DNA from: Chrysomallon squamiferum
Lineage: Eukaryota > Animalia > Mollusca
DNA length: 64,000 bases
Assembly: GCA_012295275.1 (NCBI GenBank)
Contig: CM022679.1
Coordinates: 30,628,001 to 30,692,000 of the forward strand
Reading direction: 5' to 3'
Shown: positions 28,414 to 42,587 of the stretch, piece by piece
Position numbering within the stretch: the stretch's first letter is position 1
Layout of the letters: each line of letters begins with the position of its first letter
The notes under the pieces: model-generated
What the model saw: only the letters and a program-made list of their open reading frames with translations
What the model was told of the DNA's origin: nothing
The model's database searches: none
Position numbers and translations under genes: made by a program

Positions 28414-28650
28414 ATGGTATGTATTATACTGTCTATGTGATGATGCTTATAAAAAATACCTTGCTGCTAATTGGAGAAATGTAGACCATGGAATTGTTGG
28501 AGTCGGGTGTCCTTTCACGTTATCAAATTGTCCTTAACCGTAAATTATATCTGACGACGTAAAACCGTTAAATAAAATGTGTTGAATCCGTCTTTAAATA
28601 AAATATTTCCTTCCTTTCTTCTTCCTCTCTTCCTTCTTTCGTTCCGTCCG
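28414..28650 (+). mobile_element. 5'-truncated MetaSINE-like SINE
   Basis: ATGGTATGTATTATACTGTCTATGTGATGATGCTTATAAAAAATACCTTGCTGCTAATTGG resembles the Meta central domain (TGGTATGT..TATCCTGTCTGTGGGATGGTGCATATAAAAGATCCCTTGCTGCTAAT, recalled, not searched). It is followed by a LINE-derived-type tail AAATAAAATGTGTTGA..CGTC.TTAAATAAAA and (TTCC)n. Confidence 0.75.
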
Positions 28651-28669
28651 TATTTATTTTCACTCAATT

Positions 28670-28780
28670 TGCCATTGATTTTTACGGTTATTCAAGTTAG
28701 CGTTTATTGATACCGTTTTTCAAATAACTGTTGATTTTATGCAGTTATTCTAATTAGCTTTCATTTATATCATTAATCAA
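28670..28780 (-). repeat. Inverted copies (3-4) of the 28-bp minisatellite
   Basis: The reverse complement reads GAATAACTGCATAAAATCAACAGTTATTT-GAAAAACGGTATCAATAAACGCTAACTT-GAATAACCGTA. Confidence 0.7.
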
Positions 28781-29698
28781 TTTAATATTAAATTCTTCTT
28801 TTTCTTTTCCTTTCTATCTTTTATTTTTATTTTTTCCTACTTTTCTTTTTTCTTCCTCTATTTTTTTTTTTTTTTTCTTTTTTATCTTTTTATCTTTTTA
28901 AATTTTTTTCTTTCTTTTCTTTTTTTTTATGTCTTTCCTCTTTCTATGTGTTTCCTTATCGCTTGCAGGTAATTAGTTAACATAAAGAAAAAATTCTTGA
29001 ACGTTATCAAGGAGAGACAGAGTCAAGCAGAGATGAAAGATGTGTGGGCTAACTGTATGTCTGTCTTTCTGTCTGTGTTTATGTATGCCTCTAAATATGA
29101 GTGTGTGTTGGTGTTTTTGTGTTTATATATGTACGTATATATATGTATGCATTTATTTTTTGTAGGTGTGTACGTCAGAATGGATTGATGTGTATGCATA
29201 TGTACACAAACACCGACAAACATAATCACACAAACACACACACACACAGACACACACACAGGCACATACGCACACACACACACACACACAGACACACACA
29301 CAGGCACATACACACACACACACACAGGCACATACGCACGTACACACACACACACTCACTCGCACATACAAAGAAAAACAAACAAATACCAACAAACACG
29401 TCAAATTTAATACAATATGCATATGAAATGAAAAGGCACAAAAACACATATTCATTGAAATTATTCATAATTTCTGCAGCGGCGTAAAGTCAGCAACACA
29501 ACTGCAGATATTTCTGGAACCACCCCTAAGAGTTAATTTCGCTGTATTTCATCTCACACGAACAAACGTGGTTTTTAATCGGCATTGATCTATTATTTCC
29601 TCTGTCTCCAATTAACTGTTCTTACTTACGTGTTTATGAAGCTACCATCTGCTGTTTTCTCTTTCCGTCTTTCTCTATTTATTTATTTATCTATCTAT

Positions 29699-29729
<31 letters not shown>

Positions 29730-30042
29730 TTTGTTTATTTATTTATCTATTTATTTATTTGCTTTGTGATTCTTGGAAATGTTAATATTATATGGGTTCT
29801 TCCTGTTGTTGATGATGGTGATTGTACGTGTAGTAGAAATAAACGCTGCTTTTGTTGTAGTAGTGGTAGTAGTTGCTCTGTCGGAGATAGACTTTGTGAT
29901 CATAGTGGTAGTAGTTGCTGTTGTTCTCCACTCATTAAAAGCCGTGATAGTAATGCTAACAGTTTCAGTTAAATTAGTAATAGTGATTAGTTGATTTAGT
30001 ATTGGGAGATTCACTAAATGCATATTTTATATGCAGTAGAAA

Positions 30043-30084
<42 letters not shown>

Positions 30085-30535
30085 GAATGGTAGTTGTTGT
30101 AATAGTCATAAAATGGTACTGGTTCTAATGGAAATACCAATTGTTGTGGTTGCATCAGTAACAAAATGGTAGAGGTTCTACTAATAATGATAATGGTTGT
30201 GGCTTTAGCAGTAAATATTACAGAGGATGAAGTATTATTGATTGATATATTTTAATATGAATTCATACTGAGATTTCATTTTTTTATTTTCTTCGCAGTT
30301 CTTCTCTAAAATATAATGTACATTTTTGGACTTCTTCACGTTTACTTTCTAAACCTCTGTGGTATGTATTGAAAGAAAATCACATACTTAACATTACTGG
30401 AGTGTTCTTGTACAGGGAAAATATTTATTCAAGTGAGTGGATTAGTCAATGTTTGATCTGAATACTGGCTTTTGTCCAGATTAGAAGAGGCGATCGTTAA
30501 GGGATGTGCAAATAGTAAGTGTTATAAAGAGTGTA

Positions 30536-30850
<315 letters not shown>

Positions 30851-31642
30851 TAATAGTAGTAGTAGCAGTAGTAGTGTCAGCAGCAGCATGTACTGTTGTT
30901 GTAAGTTATAGATTTTAATATCAGCGTCAGAAATTGCATACATTTAATTCTTAATCGTTTGGCAAATGACAGCAGTGACAATGGCTCTATATTACGATGA
31001 TAATAGTAATTATGGTGAAGCTGTATTCCATGTTATAATAGTCGTTGTTTTGGTAGTCATTTCGTATTGGGGTTTTGTGATTTTTGTTGTTGTTGTTGTT
31101 GTTGCTTTTTTTGAGGGGTTGTGTAGTTTTCTTTACCTTTTCATTCCTTTCAACCAACTCGTTTTATTCACTCGAAAGCAATTTTAAATCCTGTTTTCTT
31201 GTATTAAGGTTAAAAAAAAAAAAGAAAAAAAAAGAAGAAGATAAATAACTAATTAACTCAAAGGAAAACACCAGCATTTTCAAAGATTTCTAATTCATTT
31301 TCAATTGAAATTCGCTAGCGTCTGTTACCAAATCTCTTCAAATTAGACATCGATTTTAAGAATACTTTAGCCAAATATCAATTAAATTTACTGTGCAGCT
31401 TGATAAAAAAAAAAAAAAATTAAAAAAAATTTAAAAAATTTCACAATGTTTGATGATCGCGTTATCTTCCCGATTCGGAACGACTGAATGGAATTATCTC
31501 CCTTAGTTATTAAAGATGGCGACTGTTGCCACTGCAGGACAAATATATATCAGTGGTTGTGAAGAGATGTTGAATGCTTGAAAAGTAAACTGGACGTTGA
31601 AATCCTTTAGTGGTTGTTCTTTTTTTCTTTCTTTCTTTCTTT

Positions 31643-31680
<38 letters not shown>

Positions 31681-32152
31681 CACCCCCGTTAAAATCTATC
31701 AGTGATCGATAAGTGACAGATACCAAACGAAATAAATCTAAATGAAATCGTCCACTTGAGGACACAAGGATTGAGAATATATTGATGTCCTTTACCCCAG
31801 CCCTGATTTCACTTCTCTGAAGAAAATACCACTTTGTTAATCTTAGAAATGAGTTTACAGTCTCTTTCTTGAAATATGTTTCTGTGTGTCTGACTCTCTT
31901 TGTATCTCTCCTTCTCTCTCTCATATTGCATACTCGCGTTTCTTCACATTCTGACATCCAGTTTCTTTACTGGTATCTTTCTATTTCTTTTTAGTAATAA
32001 TAATAGCAACAAAAACAACATAAAAAAGTATTCTCAGTAGTAACAGCAGTCGTAGCAATAGTAGTAGCAGTAGTAATAGTAGTAGTAGCAGTAATAGAAG
32101 TAATAGTAGCAGTAGAGTTAGTATTAGTAGTAGTAGTAGCAGTAATAGCAGC

Positions 32153-32188
<36 letters not shown>

Positions 32189-32570
32189 TGGAGTAGCAGC
32201 AGTAGTGGTAGTAATAGTAATACTATTAACAGTAGTCATTATTCTTGTTTTGTTTTGGCAGCCAACACCAGAAGCTATCACAACTAAGGTTTATTATTTA
32301 TAAATCCTGTTTTAACACCAGTCAAGTTTGTTGACAAATATATATTTTTTCTTTTTTTCTAACTGTCCTGGTTGCTTAAAAAAAAAAAAAAAAAAAAAAA
32401 AATTAAATAAAAACAAAAAAACTTTGCAATCTGTCAATCAAGGATTGCTCACAAACTCATCAATCAGAAAATCATTTTATTGAAAACTTTCTATCTGCCT
32501 CTCAGCCTTCTTTTGACAGCGGTTGTGGTTACTGGGGCAATATGTCCAGCTCATCGTAGATTTATTTATT

Positions 32571-32619
<49 letters not shown>

Positions 32620-32639
32620 TCAGACTTGCACACACGACA

Positions 32640-32877
32640 TTCTCAAACCAATCAATAGCAATCTCTCACGCTCTGCTGGACGTCCACAACTCGCATTTAA
32701 CTAAGAGCCAAAGGGAAAAAAAACGGTCCATTTGTGAATCTGATTGGTCGAGTCAAACAGCCAATAAATGTCCGTCTTGCATTTCTCGCGACGGACGCCG
32801 TTTGCGATAAATCTTGCTCTAATAGCTTGTAGAAAAACGACGCCACCGCAAATGGAACGTGATAGGGTGATGTGAGT
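32640..32877. promoter_or_regulatory. Candidate TATA-less promoter with CCAAT boxes, possibly with a + strand first exon ending at 32871
   Basis: CCAAT at 32648 (AACCAATCA), ATTGG at 32743 (TGATTGGTC), CCAAT at 32761 (AGCCAATA), TCTCGCGA at 32784, high CpG density, and donor-like |GTGAGT at 32872. Confidence 0.45.
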
Positions 32878-33110
32878 GTGTGTGTGTGTGTGTGTGTGAA
32901 AGTGTAAAAAAAATTTAAACAGTTTTAAAATAAATAGAGAGAGAAATAAAATATTTTTTTTTTTTTTTTTTTTTTTTACTCTCATTGCACTTGTCCTTAT
33001 ACCAGTTTTTCTTCGATTAATGTTAAAAAAAAAAAGTGGTATAGTTCTAGATTAGAGAAAAATACAGCAGTAATTGGTGGATGATTTAAATTTGAAATAA
33101 CTCAAATGTT

Positions 33111-33144
<34 letters not shown>

Positions 33145-33368
33145 GCACAAACTCACACTCTCTCTTACTCGTTCTTTCTTTCTCTCTTGTTGTCTTTTAT
33201 TCCATCTATAATGGGCAAAAAAGAAAAAAAAAAAAAAAAAGAAAAAAACAGATGAATAAATAAATAAACAAATGAAAATCAATGAAAATAAAAGCTGAGA
33301 AGAAGAAAATAGAGAGATTTTGTAGCGTTTTAATTACAACAGTATTACATACATGCAACAAAAGACAG

Positions 33369-33399
<31 letters not shown>

Positions 33400-33458
33400 T
33401 AAAAATAGTAATAATAATAATAATAATAATAATGATAATAATAATAATAATAGTAATA

Positions 33459-33489
<31 letters not shown>

Positions 33490-34552
33490 TATTTTTTTCA
33501 TTATTATTATTATGACTATAATGCTAATAATAATAATAACGATGGTGATGATAGTAATAACAACTACTACAACATTAACAAACAAACAAACAACAAAGAC
33601 AGAACATTTACACGCCCAACAAAGCGTTATGTCATAAAAACAGTTTTTATCTTCAGCGTGTAAAACCTCAATCAACATACAGACGACATCTTCGCTCTTT
33701 TTCTCTTTTCTTTTTCTTCTTTTTTTTTAACATTTTTTTCCTAATCCGTGTTTTCAAGTAATGAATCAAGAATATTAATTGTCCAGTGACACATTGATTT
33801 ATGGGCTACAAGCGTTCGCAAAGTATCGCCTGATCATCAGTTATGAGACTGCGGTATTTACTTCTTCCTAAGCGTCTCACTTCCTCTGATATCGGATTCG
33901 ACAGCTGGCGTAATTCCTGCAAGTCCCTGCTATCGACACTTATTCTTAATTAGCAACTTCAGCCTGAGAGCAACCGTTGTTGACGTCTTTAGCTGTGGAC
34001 AGCTCTTTTTTTTTTTATTCTTTTTTTTTCTCCCCCTTCTTTTGTGGTCACACCGTTCATTTCTAGGGTAAATTTATAATGCAGCCATCTGTTACTTGTT
34101 TCTGTTTGTCCGTTGCCTGGAGTCCGGGTTTGGTAGTCGAGGTTGTGTGAAAATGTATTAGTTGTATACATATCGCGGGCTGTGAGGTGATGATAACCTT
34201 GGTAAAAAGGTTTTGTTTTTTAGCAGATTAATGCTGTGTTCGACTTGTTGTTGTTGGGTAGGGTGAATGTGTTTTGTGGCAAGAGTGAATGAAAGAGAGA
34301 ATGAAGTAAAGAAAGAAAGAAAGAAATAAATAAACTGTATTAGTTTTGTGTGTGTGTGTGTCTGTGTGTGTATATAAGATGGGCTACACGAATATCTTCC
34401 TATTCTCGTTGTCCGCCCGTCTCTCTCTTTCTGTCTCTCTCTCTTTCTGTCCCTCTTTATCTGTTTTTCGTTTTCTCCTTTTTTCACTCATTTTCTCTTT
34501 ATCTTTCTTTCCCTCTCTCTACTGTTTGTCTCTTGTCGTCGTCACTTTCTCT

Positions 34553-34631
<79 letters not shown>

Positions 34632-35809
34632 GCCTGTCTGTCTGTCTGTCTATCTGTCCATCACTCATCCGTTTCCGTAAAGAACATCTTTCATTAGTAC
34701 AGAGTAACACGATATTTACACACAACCGTTTTGTCAGTGTCTAGGATTTTTTTTTTCAAAATTGCTTCTCTGTGTAAACTAGATTGTTTTTTTTTTTGTT
34801 TTTTTTAACAATCTCGACTACAATCAATGCCATAACGGACATTATATTGTTTTCACTTTTTTTTGTTTCTTCTTTTTTCTTTTTCTCTTTTGCCGAACAA
34901 CGTTTTATATTCTTCCACTATAATGCTAGAGAAAGAAAGAACAAAAAAATTAAGAGTTTACTTGCGGCGAAATGCAACTTCCGAGCTCTTTACAAAGCTT
35001 CCTTTACATTTTTTGTTGTCTGGTTTCTTTTTTCGTTTTTCTGATGTTCTCTGTTTTAGTTAACGCGTAACTTTCCATTACTCAGTTTGTTCATGTTGTT
35101 CTGTCAGTTGTTTTTGATAAGACAATGTCAGACAAATACACAGCAGACAATAATGAAATTTTGTTTCCATTTGTGCGACCTTCATTCGTCCATTCATGCA
35201 TCCATCCATCCACCCATCTCTAAGCTCTGTTTCTCTACCTTTCTAGCTCTTTTTCTCTTTGTCGGTTTCTCTGTCCTTCTTACTCTTTTTCTCTCATTCA
35301 TTCATTCGTTCGTTATCTCTCTCTCTCTCTTTCTTTTTCTCACTCAATCTCTCTTTGTTACTTAATAAAGCTTAGTCAGAACCTTGAAACTTTCTAAACA
35401 TTTAAAACTCCTGGGATTAAAATTAAAAAAAATAAAATCAAAGTAATGCCGAACTCCGAAAATGAAGATTCCTTTTTTTTTCTTTTTAACAATATATCAT
35501 TTTAAAGAACAACAAAATCGGTAAATATTTTTGAAGGTATTTTTCCCCCGCATGATAAACGGATTATGCCAAATTATTTATCCAGCGAGATTGTTTTGAA
35601 TTACCTTTTTTCTGACGCGCACGAGAAAGAAGACCGTGCTAGTGGGTAATGGATTATATTAAGCGTCTTGTAAGAAACTTAATAAACTTGTCAAGCGGGT
35701 TTATAAATACGGGAGTCTGTGATTAATAGCTTCATATTGATGTACTGGCCTCGTCCATCGTGGAAGCTGTTTTTCCAGACAATAAGTCTTTTCTATTTCT
35801 AGTTTACGT

Positions 35810-36110
35810 TATATCAAACCATATCGTAAAATATCATATCATATCATATTGTATCATATCAGATCATATCAGATCATATTATATCATACTTTATCATACA
35901 ATATATCATACTTTATCATAGAATATATCATATTTTATCATACAATATATCATATTTTATCATACAATATATCATATTATGTCGAGATTTCATATCATAT
36001 CATGTATCATTCATATCGTCGTATTAATATCGTGTCGTGTCGTATCCTAGTATACCATATCATATCATATCGTGCCATGTCCTGTCATATCATGTCATAT
36101 CATATATTAT
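35810..36110 (+). repeat. Degenerate (ATATC)n pentanucleotide satellite
   Basis: Visible ATATC/ATCAT periodicity. Confidence 0.9.
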
Positions 36111-38653
36111 ACAAGGAATATTTCACTGGTGCTTTAATAAAGAGGATGAGAAATTAAACCAGTTTTTGTTGAAGCTGCTTTTGACAATATCTACAATTAC
36201 ATGTACAGTTTAGTTTTTAACTCAACACTGAAATTTTGCCGTTTTGTCCGGGGTCCATAGACTAATGTATTAAGCAGGTAGTTTATTGTGCTGTAGTTAC
36301 ATCATGAACGATTTAGATATTAATTTTTACTTTTTTTTCTCTTTCATTTTGTGCTAGTGTGTGTTTGTATATACCTATGATTAAAAACACATTATTCAGT
36401 ACAGATGGATATTGAAGAAAAAAAAACAACAACTTGATTTTGATTCGAAAAGGATAGGCTGTATTTCTTAATATTATCCATGTCATCATAATGAATAAAT
36501 TCACAATATTTTAACGAAACGTGAATGATTTTAACAATTAATAAAACTAACTGATTTTAACGATAAATATATGTAAGTACAGTAATAACAGGTATTTTAT
36601 ACAAACACATACCACTTCACTTGATACGCTAGTCGACTGCACTAAAGTGCAGGATGCAGAAAATGTCCAACTGACATACTGAAGAGTGCATCGTGTAATC
36701 CGGGTCCTTGGACTTAATACATGCGTTTTAACCATTCAGTTAAGTTTGCGCGCACTCGAGATACCGTCTGCTTGAACTCACTGTAATATCGCGTTCTTCG
36801 TGGCTAACACCGGTATTCAACAAGTCCCCGTTTTATTCTGCTTATGTATTTTAAGCTCGATAGTCCAGAGCATCAACAATTTTATCAGCCTCCGGGTCCC
36901 TAACCATCTTTTTCCGTCTCTGATCCCGTTAATTTTCTTATAATAACTTCTTTTTTTTCAGAAGGTTCTAATGCTATTTTTTTTTCCCTTTCTGTGGCAT
37001 TATAGCAAATGGGTGAGTGAATAAAAAGAATAAATTAAAAAAATTAAAATGGCCATGTGGCCTGGTCGGCGGATGTGACATGCAGTTATTTCCGATCTAG
37101 ATTACAAGCTCTTCAGAGGAAAAACTCTGGTTTAGAAAAAAAACTTTTGACGCCATGCTTAGTTTGGTTATTAATATTATAAACAGCTCAGGGACGCCTT
37201 TCAATGCTAGAAGAGAAATTGAGTAATATGTTTTTTCTTTGTCGTTCATCACAACAAAAAATAAAAATAAAAAAATGAAAGAAAGAAAGAAAAATAAATC
37301 ATTGCTTAGGAATTCAGGATGCATGGTCTACCGCATTTGCAATGAATGGTTTGATATGTTTAAAAAAAAAAAAAAAAAAGAAAGAAAAAAAAATGTTTTG
37401 TTTGTTTAACGATGACTGTTTGTCAAGAGATAAAGAGAATGTTTTATTTTTAAATTAATTTCTGACATGGCAGTCACCTTTGGTATTTATAATAATATGA
37501 TCCAAAAAGGAAAGACTATGGAAAAACAAATACGTAACAAATTGTTCGTAAGTCTGTCACTGATCTGTAAATAAGACAGTGAGCTATTGAGCTGCTCAGT
37601 CGTTCAATCAGCTACTCAGCGTTTGAATGATAGAATAGATATTTGAGTCAGTCAGTCAATCAGTATATGAATGACAGAATGGATGATTCTTTCAGACAGG
37701 CGGTAACTCAGTTATTTAGTCGCTCAGTCAGAAATAAAAATATAGAGTGGATCATTCAGACAGTCAGTCACTGAATCACGCAGTCAAAGTTACACAGATA
37801 CCTTGTCAGACATTGTTTCAGAGAGCCTCTAAGTATTACAGATTTCATTTCTTATTACAAAAACATATTATGTTTCATTTGCAGTTTTATCCACACATTT
37901 CTTGAAAAGCGTAATTTCAAAACCTTCTCCAATCCACTGCACATACATATATATATATATAAAACGATTATATTCCAACCCTTGCAATGAATAAAAAGAA
38001 AATTTAGAAGAAAAGAGAACTTTCTTAAATTTATGGCAATAATCAATCTGTAAATTTTACACCAGTTTTTACGTGTAGACACACAGCAGGTGAAAACTGC
38101 AGATAGCGATTATTCGAGCTCATTCTACGAGTAGTCGTAAGTTAAGACTCTTTTTTGAGCAGTCGTGAAAAAGAAAGGTAGAAATAATTACACTGACAAA
38201 GCAAATTTCAACAGATAACATCAAAATGTGAATAGCTCTAAACATACAATAACGTTTTAAATTTAAATATGTTCTGCTGGTGCTGCTTTTGTTGTCGAAA
38301 CTGTCGTCGTTATTAATGTTTTTGTTAGAACTGTTGTTGTTGTTGTTGTTGTTGTAAATACTTCTGTCATTGTTGCTGATGTTAAAATGCCAATGGTAGA
38401 GTTTAATAACATTTTAGTTATTATTTTAATTTAAATTGTAATATTTACTTATTTATTTTATTATTTAATGAGTTAGTTAGTTATTTTATTACTTATTTAT
38501 CATCATCATCATCATCATCATCATCATTTCTATTATTATTATTATTATTATAAATTTCGACTGCGTCTTTCTTCTTTCTCTTTGAGGCTCGTATTAAGCC
38601 TTCACTTTCTCTGTTTTCTCTCTGTCTGACTGTCTGCATGTCTGTTTGTCTGT

Positions 38654-38715
<62 letters not shown>

Positions 38716-39499
38716 CACTCTCATTTTATATCCTCACCTTTTATTATTCTTTTTCTCTTTTTGTCAAGGTTTTTTTTTTCCTCTTCCTTCCATTTTAGTC
38801 ACTCTCGCCTTCTCTCTTTATTTCTGTATCTTTTTTCTCTAAATTCCTTTCTTTCTCTTTCTTTCTCTCCATTTGCTTGTCAGAAATGTCCCTTCCCCCC
38901 AAAAAAAAATCAACTGCTGTAATATCTTCGTCTGTTTAAGAATGCAAAACAGCCGAGCATCCCAGTGAATGTATTTCTGATTTTTACAGAAATGCAGTAT
39001 CGAGAAGCTGCATCTGAACGTCATAAATTCTTGAACGTACTAAATTAAAGTTTTTTTATTTGTTCTTTCAACCTTGAAAAGCAACACACGTACAAAGTTC
39101 GTTTGGTGTATTATTACACAACATGGCTGTTCAGCTTATCAAATAGCGTGAAAATGCTCGACCATAAAAAACATATCAAATCTACATCTTAATTTTTTCG
39201 CCCTATCGTAGTTTTACTATTCAAGCGTGGATATTTATCTTTTACTTTTATCATATTATAGCTACTGTACTCGGCATTGTACCAAAAAAAAAAAAAAATT
39301 TAAAAATTAAAAAAATTAAAAATAACGACGACAAACAAACAACAACATATTTTTAATTTGTTAGTGATTTTAGGAGCGCCGTGATGCTATGGTGCTTTCA
39401 AATTCAGTTTTTCTTCGAGATTTTCTTCAAAACATTCCCGTTTTATTTGTTTATTTATTTTATTATTATTATTATTTACACATTTTCCACAAGCACACG

Positions 39500-39597
<98 letters not shown>

Positions 39598-39810
39598 TCA
39601 GGAATGTTTATAAACGTCTCTCTCTCTCTCTCTCTATCACAGAGATACACACAGACATATGGCAGTCAGATATCTATGTATGTTATTCAACAGAAGATCT
39701 TTTAGTTTTAGCGATACGAAAATCCGTAGGGTCCCACATTCAAGAGGTCGTCAACAAACTTTACTACGGTACTTGAAACATTTCCTCACCGAAGCTAATC
39801 AAGAAAGTTT

Positions 39811-39845
<35 letters not shown>

Positions 39846-40573
39846 TTTTTTTAGCTCGTCTAGAAAACGCAGTACGGTAACAGATAGACTTCGATTGTTC
39901 TTCGAGATATCCAGGTGCTTGCGAGTTTTGATATTAAACATTTCATCTTTTTATTTCGAGACTATCGCGCGCGCCTTCTAATAAGGAATCTGAGAGATCG
40001 CTAAGACACCTTCTGACAGGTCTAATTGGATTCCAAGCCGCCGCAGTCTAGTAGCGCGCGTTTGTCGAAGGGCTGGCTTCCCCACTCGACGATTAATTAT
40101 CCAAACCGTGTTAATCATTTTATTGCCGTTTTCTACGATGAAACTAACCCACACGTCTGTTATTAATAATAATAAATATGCAAATTGTTAAACGAAGTCC
40201 AATATTTCAATTTCAGATTCTTCTGACATGAACCACCTTGCAGAAAGGAGACTGCATGGCCGTTTTTGCGTTCTGTGGAAATAAGATTTTTTTATTTCTT
40301 TATTATTTTTTTTATTTTTTTATTTTTTTATTTTTTTATTATTTTTTTGGATAAAGAAATATTTCAGCACGACACGAATTTTTTTTTATTAATTTTTTTT
40401 TTTTTTTTTTTTGTGGAATTTCTAAAGAGTCAGGTGATACGAACAACATCTTTGTGTGATGATATATATATATATATATTTTTTTTTTTTAATTAAAGAA
40501 AAATGATGTCAGTATGTGTAAAAACAAAGAATCATTCTGTTCAACTGAAGGATTCTATGACTAAGCATATGTG

Positions 40574-40604
<31 letters not shown>

Positions 40605-40926
40605 ACTTGAAAAAGATTTCTTTTTGTGATTCAGAATACTTCAAAAGGACAGAGCTGGGAAATTTGATAAAAAGGCTTTCATAAGCAGAAATATTATATC
40701 ATACCCATTAACGAAAATACGAATCTTCTAAGGATATATATATATGATTATAATTATGAGAAAAATCACTTTGTTAATAAAAGGAATTATTGTGACCATA
40801 TATGTAACTTAAAACAAATGGTAGAAATAAATATACGATGTCTAAAACTTTTGGCCGCAGAGAAAGCTATCAACCTGTTGCTAATGAAAGACTGTATAAC
40901 TGCACTTCTGATAAAGTTCTGGCTGG

Positions 40927-41260
40927 CGTAAGGATTTTTCAAAAGAGACTTGGATATTGGCAAGAGAATATTTGGAAAAGTAGCTTGCATGCTTCGGAGT
41001 AAAAGTTTTGGAACAACAGAATCCGCTGATTTCGTTTACAGATAAAACGAATAAATAGCTTAGATATTAAGGAAGCTTTAGTCGAGGGAGTCATTTTATT
41101 TCTCGTAAGGATATCTGAACGAAGATCGAACTACTCTTGGTGTAAGAATACATGGACAAGGAACGTTCTTGACCGTGCGTAAGGATTTCTGTACAAGGAT
41201 TAACTTGTTTTCGCGCAAGGATAATAAGTATCTGAATAATCTGGATCAACTGTTACTTGA
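40927..41260 (+). repeat. Highly diverged 36-37 bp tandem array
   Basis: Anchors CGTAAGGAT (40927, 41104, 41178), TGTAAGAAT (41141) and CGCAAGGAT (41214); spacings among the last four are 37, 37 and 36 bp. Confidence 0.65.
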
Positions 41261-41488
41261 TAGCTACCTCATGGAAACCATATAAAAAAAAATTACATAA
41301 ATCTGAAAAACACTAATCAAAATTTTCTGAAAACGAAACAAAAAGAAAGTTCCAGTTTGGTTACTTATATTTTGAAATATATATATAAGTCTTTCTTTAA
41401 ACCAGTGGTGCTTTGAAAATCCTCAGGAAAACACAATTTTGTGGAATGCTACATATCAAATTAAAAAAAGAGCTACTAAAGACCAACT

Positions 41489-41519
<31 letters not shown>

Positions 41520-42226
41520 CGGGGAGAATATAACAGATTTAAAAGTAAATCAAGAGGATACTGAAAACACATAAAATCAGAATTTTTTTTTTTTAACCAA
41601 TCTGAACTCGGCGAAAAAAAAAGCCACATCAGATTGGTCTAGGAATATATTTTTCAGCGACAATCCCCCAAAAACATCGGTTTCAACGACTTACGGCTCA
41701 TAAACCTTTCAACACAACAACCATCGGCAGCCCATCTCGCTTTGGGATGTCCCAAACCGATCCAGACGTCCGACCTGAACCGAAATCTCTTGTCGGGTCG
41801 CCCCTTGTCTTTTTATCGATTCTTAATGCTTCATTACGCCGCACGTTACCCGATGTCACCCATAGCATTGGCTGTTCTTAGTTAATGACTGTGTACACTT
41901 CCAACTAAAAGCGGAGATCGGTTTTTTCCGTGTTGATCCGGTATGCGGCCGTCTCGAAGGCAAATTATGAAAGTATTCCCTACGGAAGTCTGAAGACATT
42001 ATCTAATTTTTTTTTTTTTTTTTTTTCTTTTTCTACCTATAACGAGTGTTTATTTGTGTTTAAGTGTGACGCCCCTGCAGGGGAAAACGACAAGCTGGCT
42101 TTCCACGGATATAACAGAATCTCGCTAAACGAGATGGAGGATTTTGAAGATTTCTCTGTGTAAGTACTCCGCTGATTTTCTTATATAACTTACTTACTTT
42201 TTATATATATATATGATGATGACTTT

Positions 42227-42277
<51 letters not shown>

Positions 42278-42544
42278 TTATTAATATTAACGAAAAAAAA
42301 AAAAATAAAATAATGAATGACCTCAAATAAGACAGGAAATTAAATTTGTAACTGGTTACCAGTTTTGACAAATAACTGTCACAAACGTTTGAATATCTGT
42401 AACGTGTTATTTTACATGATTAAATATTAGGATTGTTTCTTTCTTTTCTTTTTTTTCCTTTTTTATTACTATTATGTGTTATAATAGGTTGTTGTTATTG
42501 TTATTATTATTAATATTTTTTAATGGAATAATTGATGTTTTGTA

Positions 42545-42587
<43 letters not shown>

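Noticed and set aside
32984-32997. ATTGCACTTGTCC matching part of miR-92
   Set aside because: The 3' end diverges and the upstream sequence is poly-T, so no precursor hairpin forms.
40927-41260. CRISPR-like look (short constant motif at regular spacing)
   Set aside because: The constant part is only ~9 bp, the intervening parts are related to each other, the context is eukaryotic and there are no cas genes.
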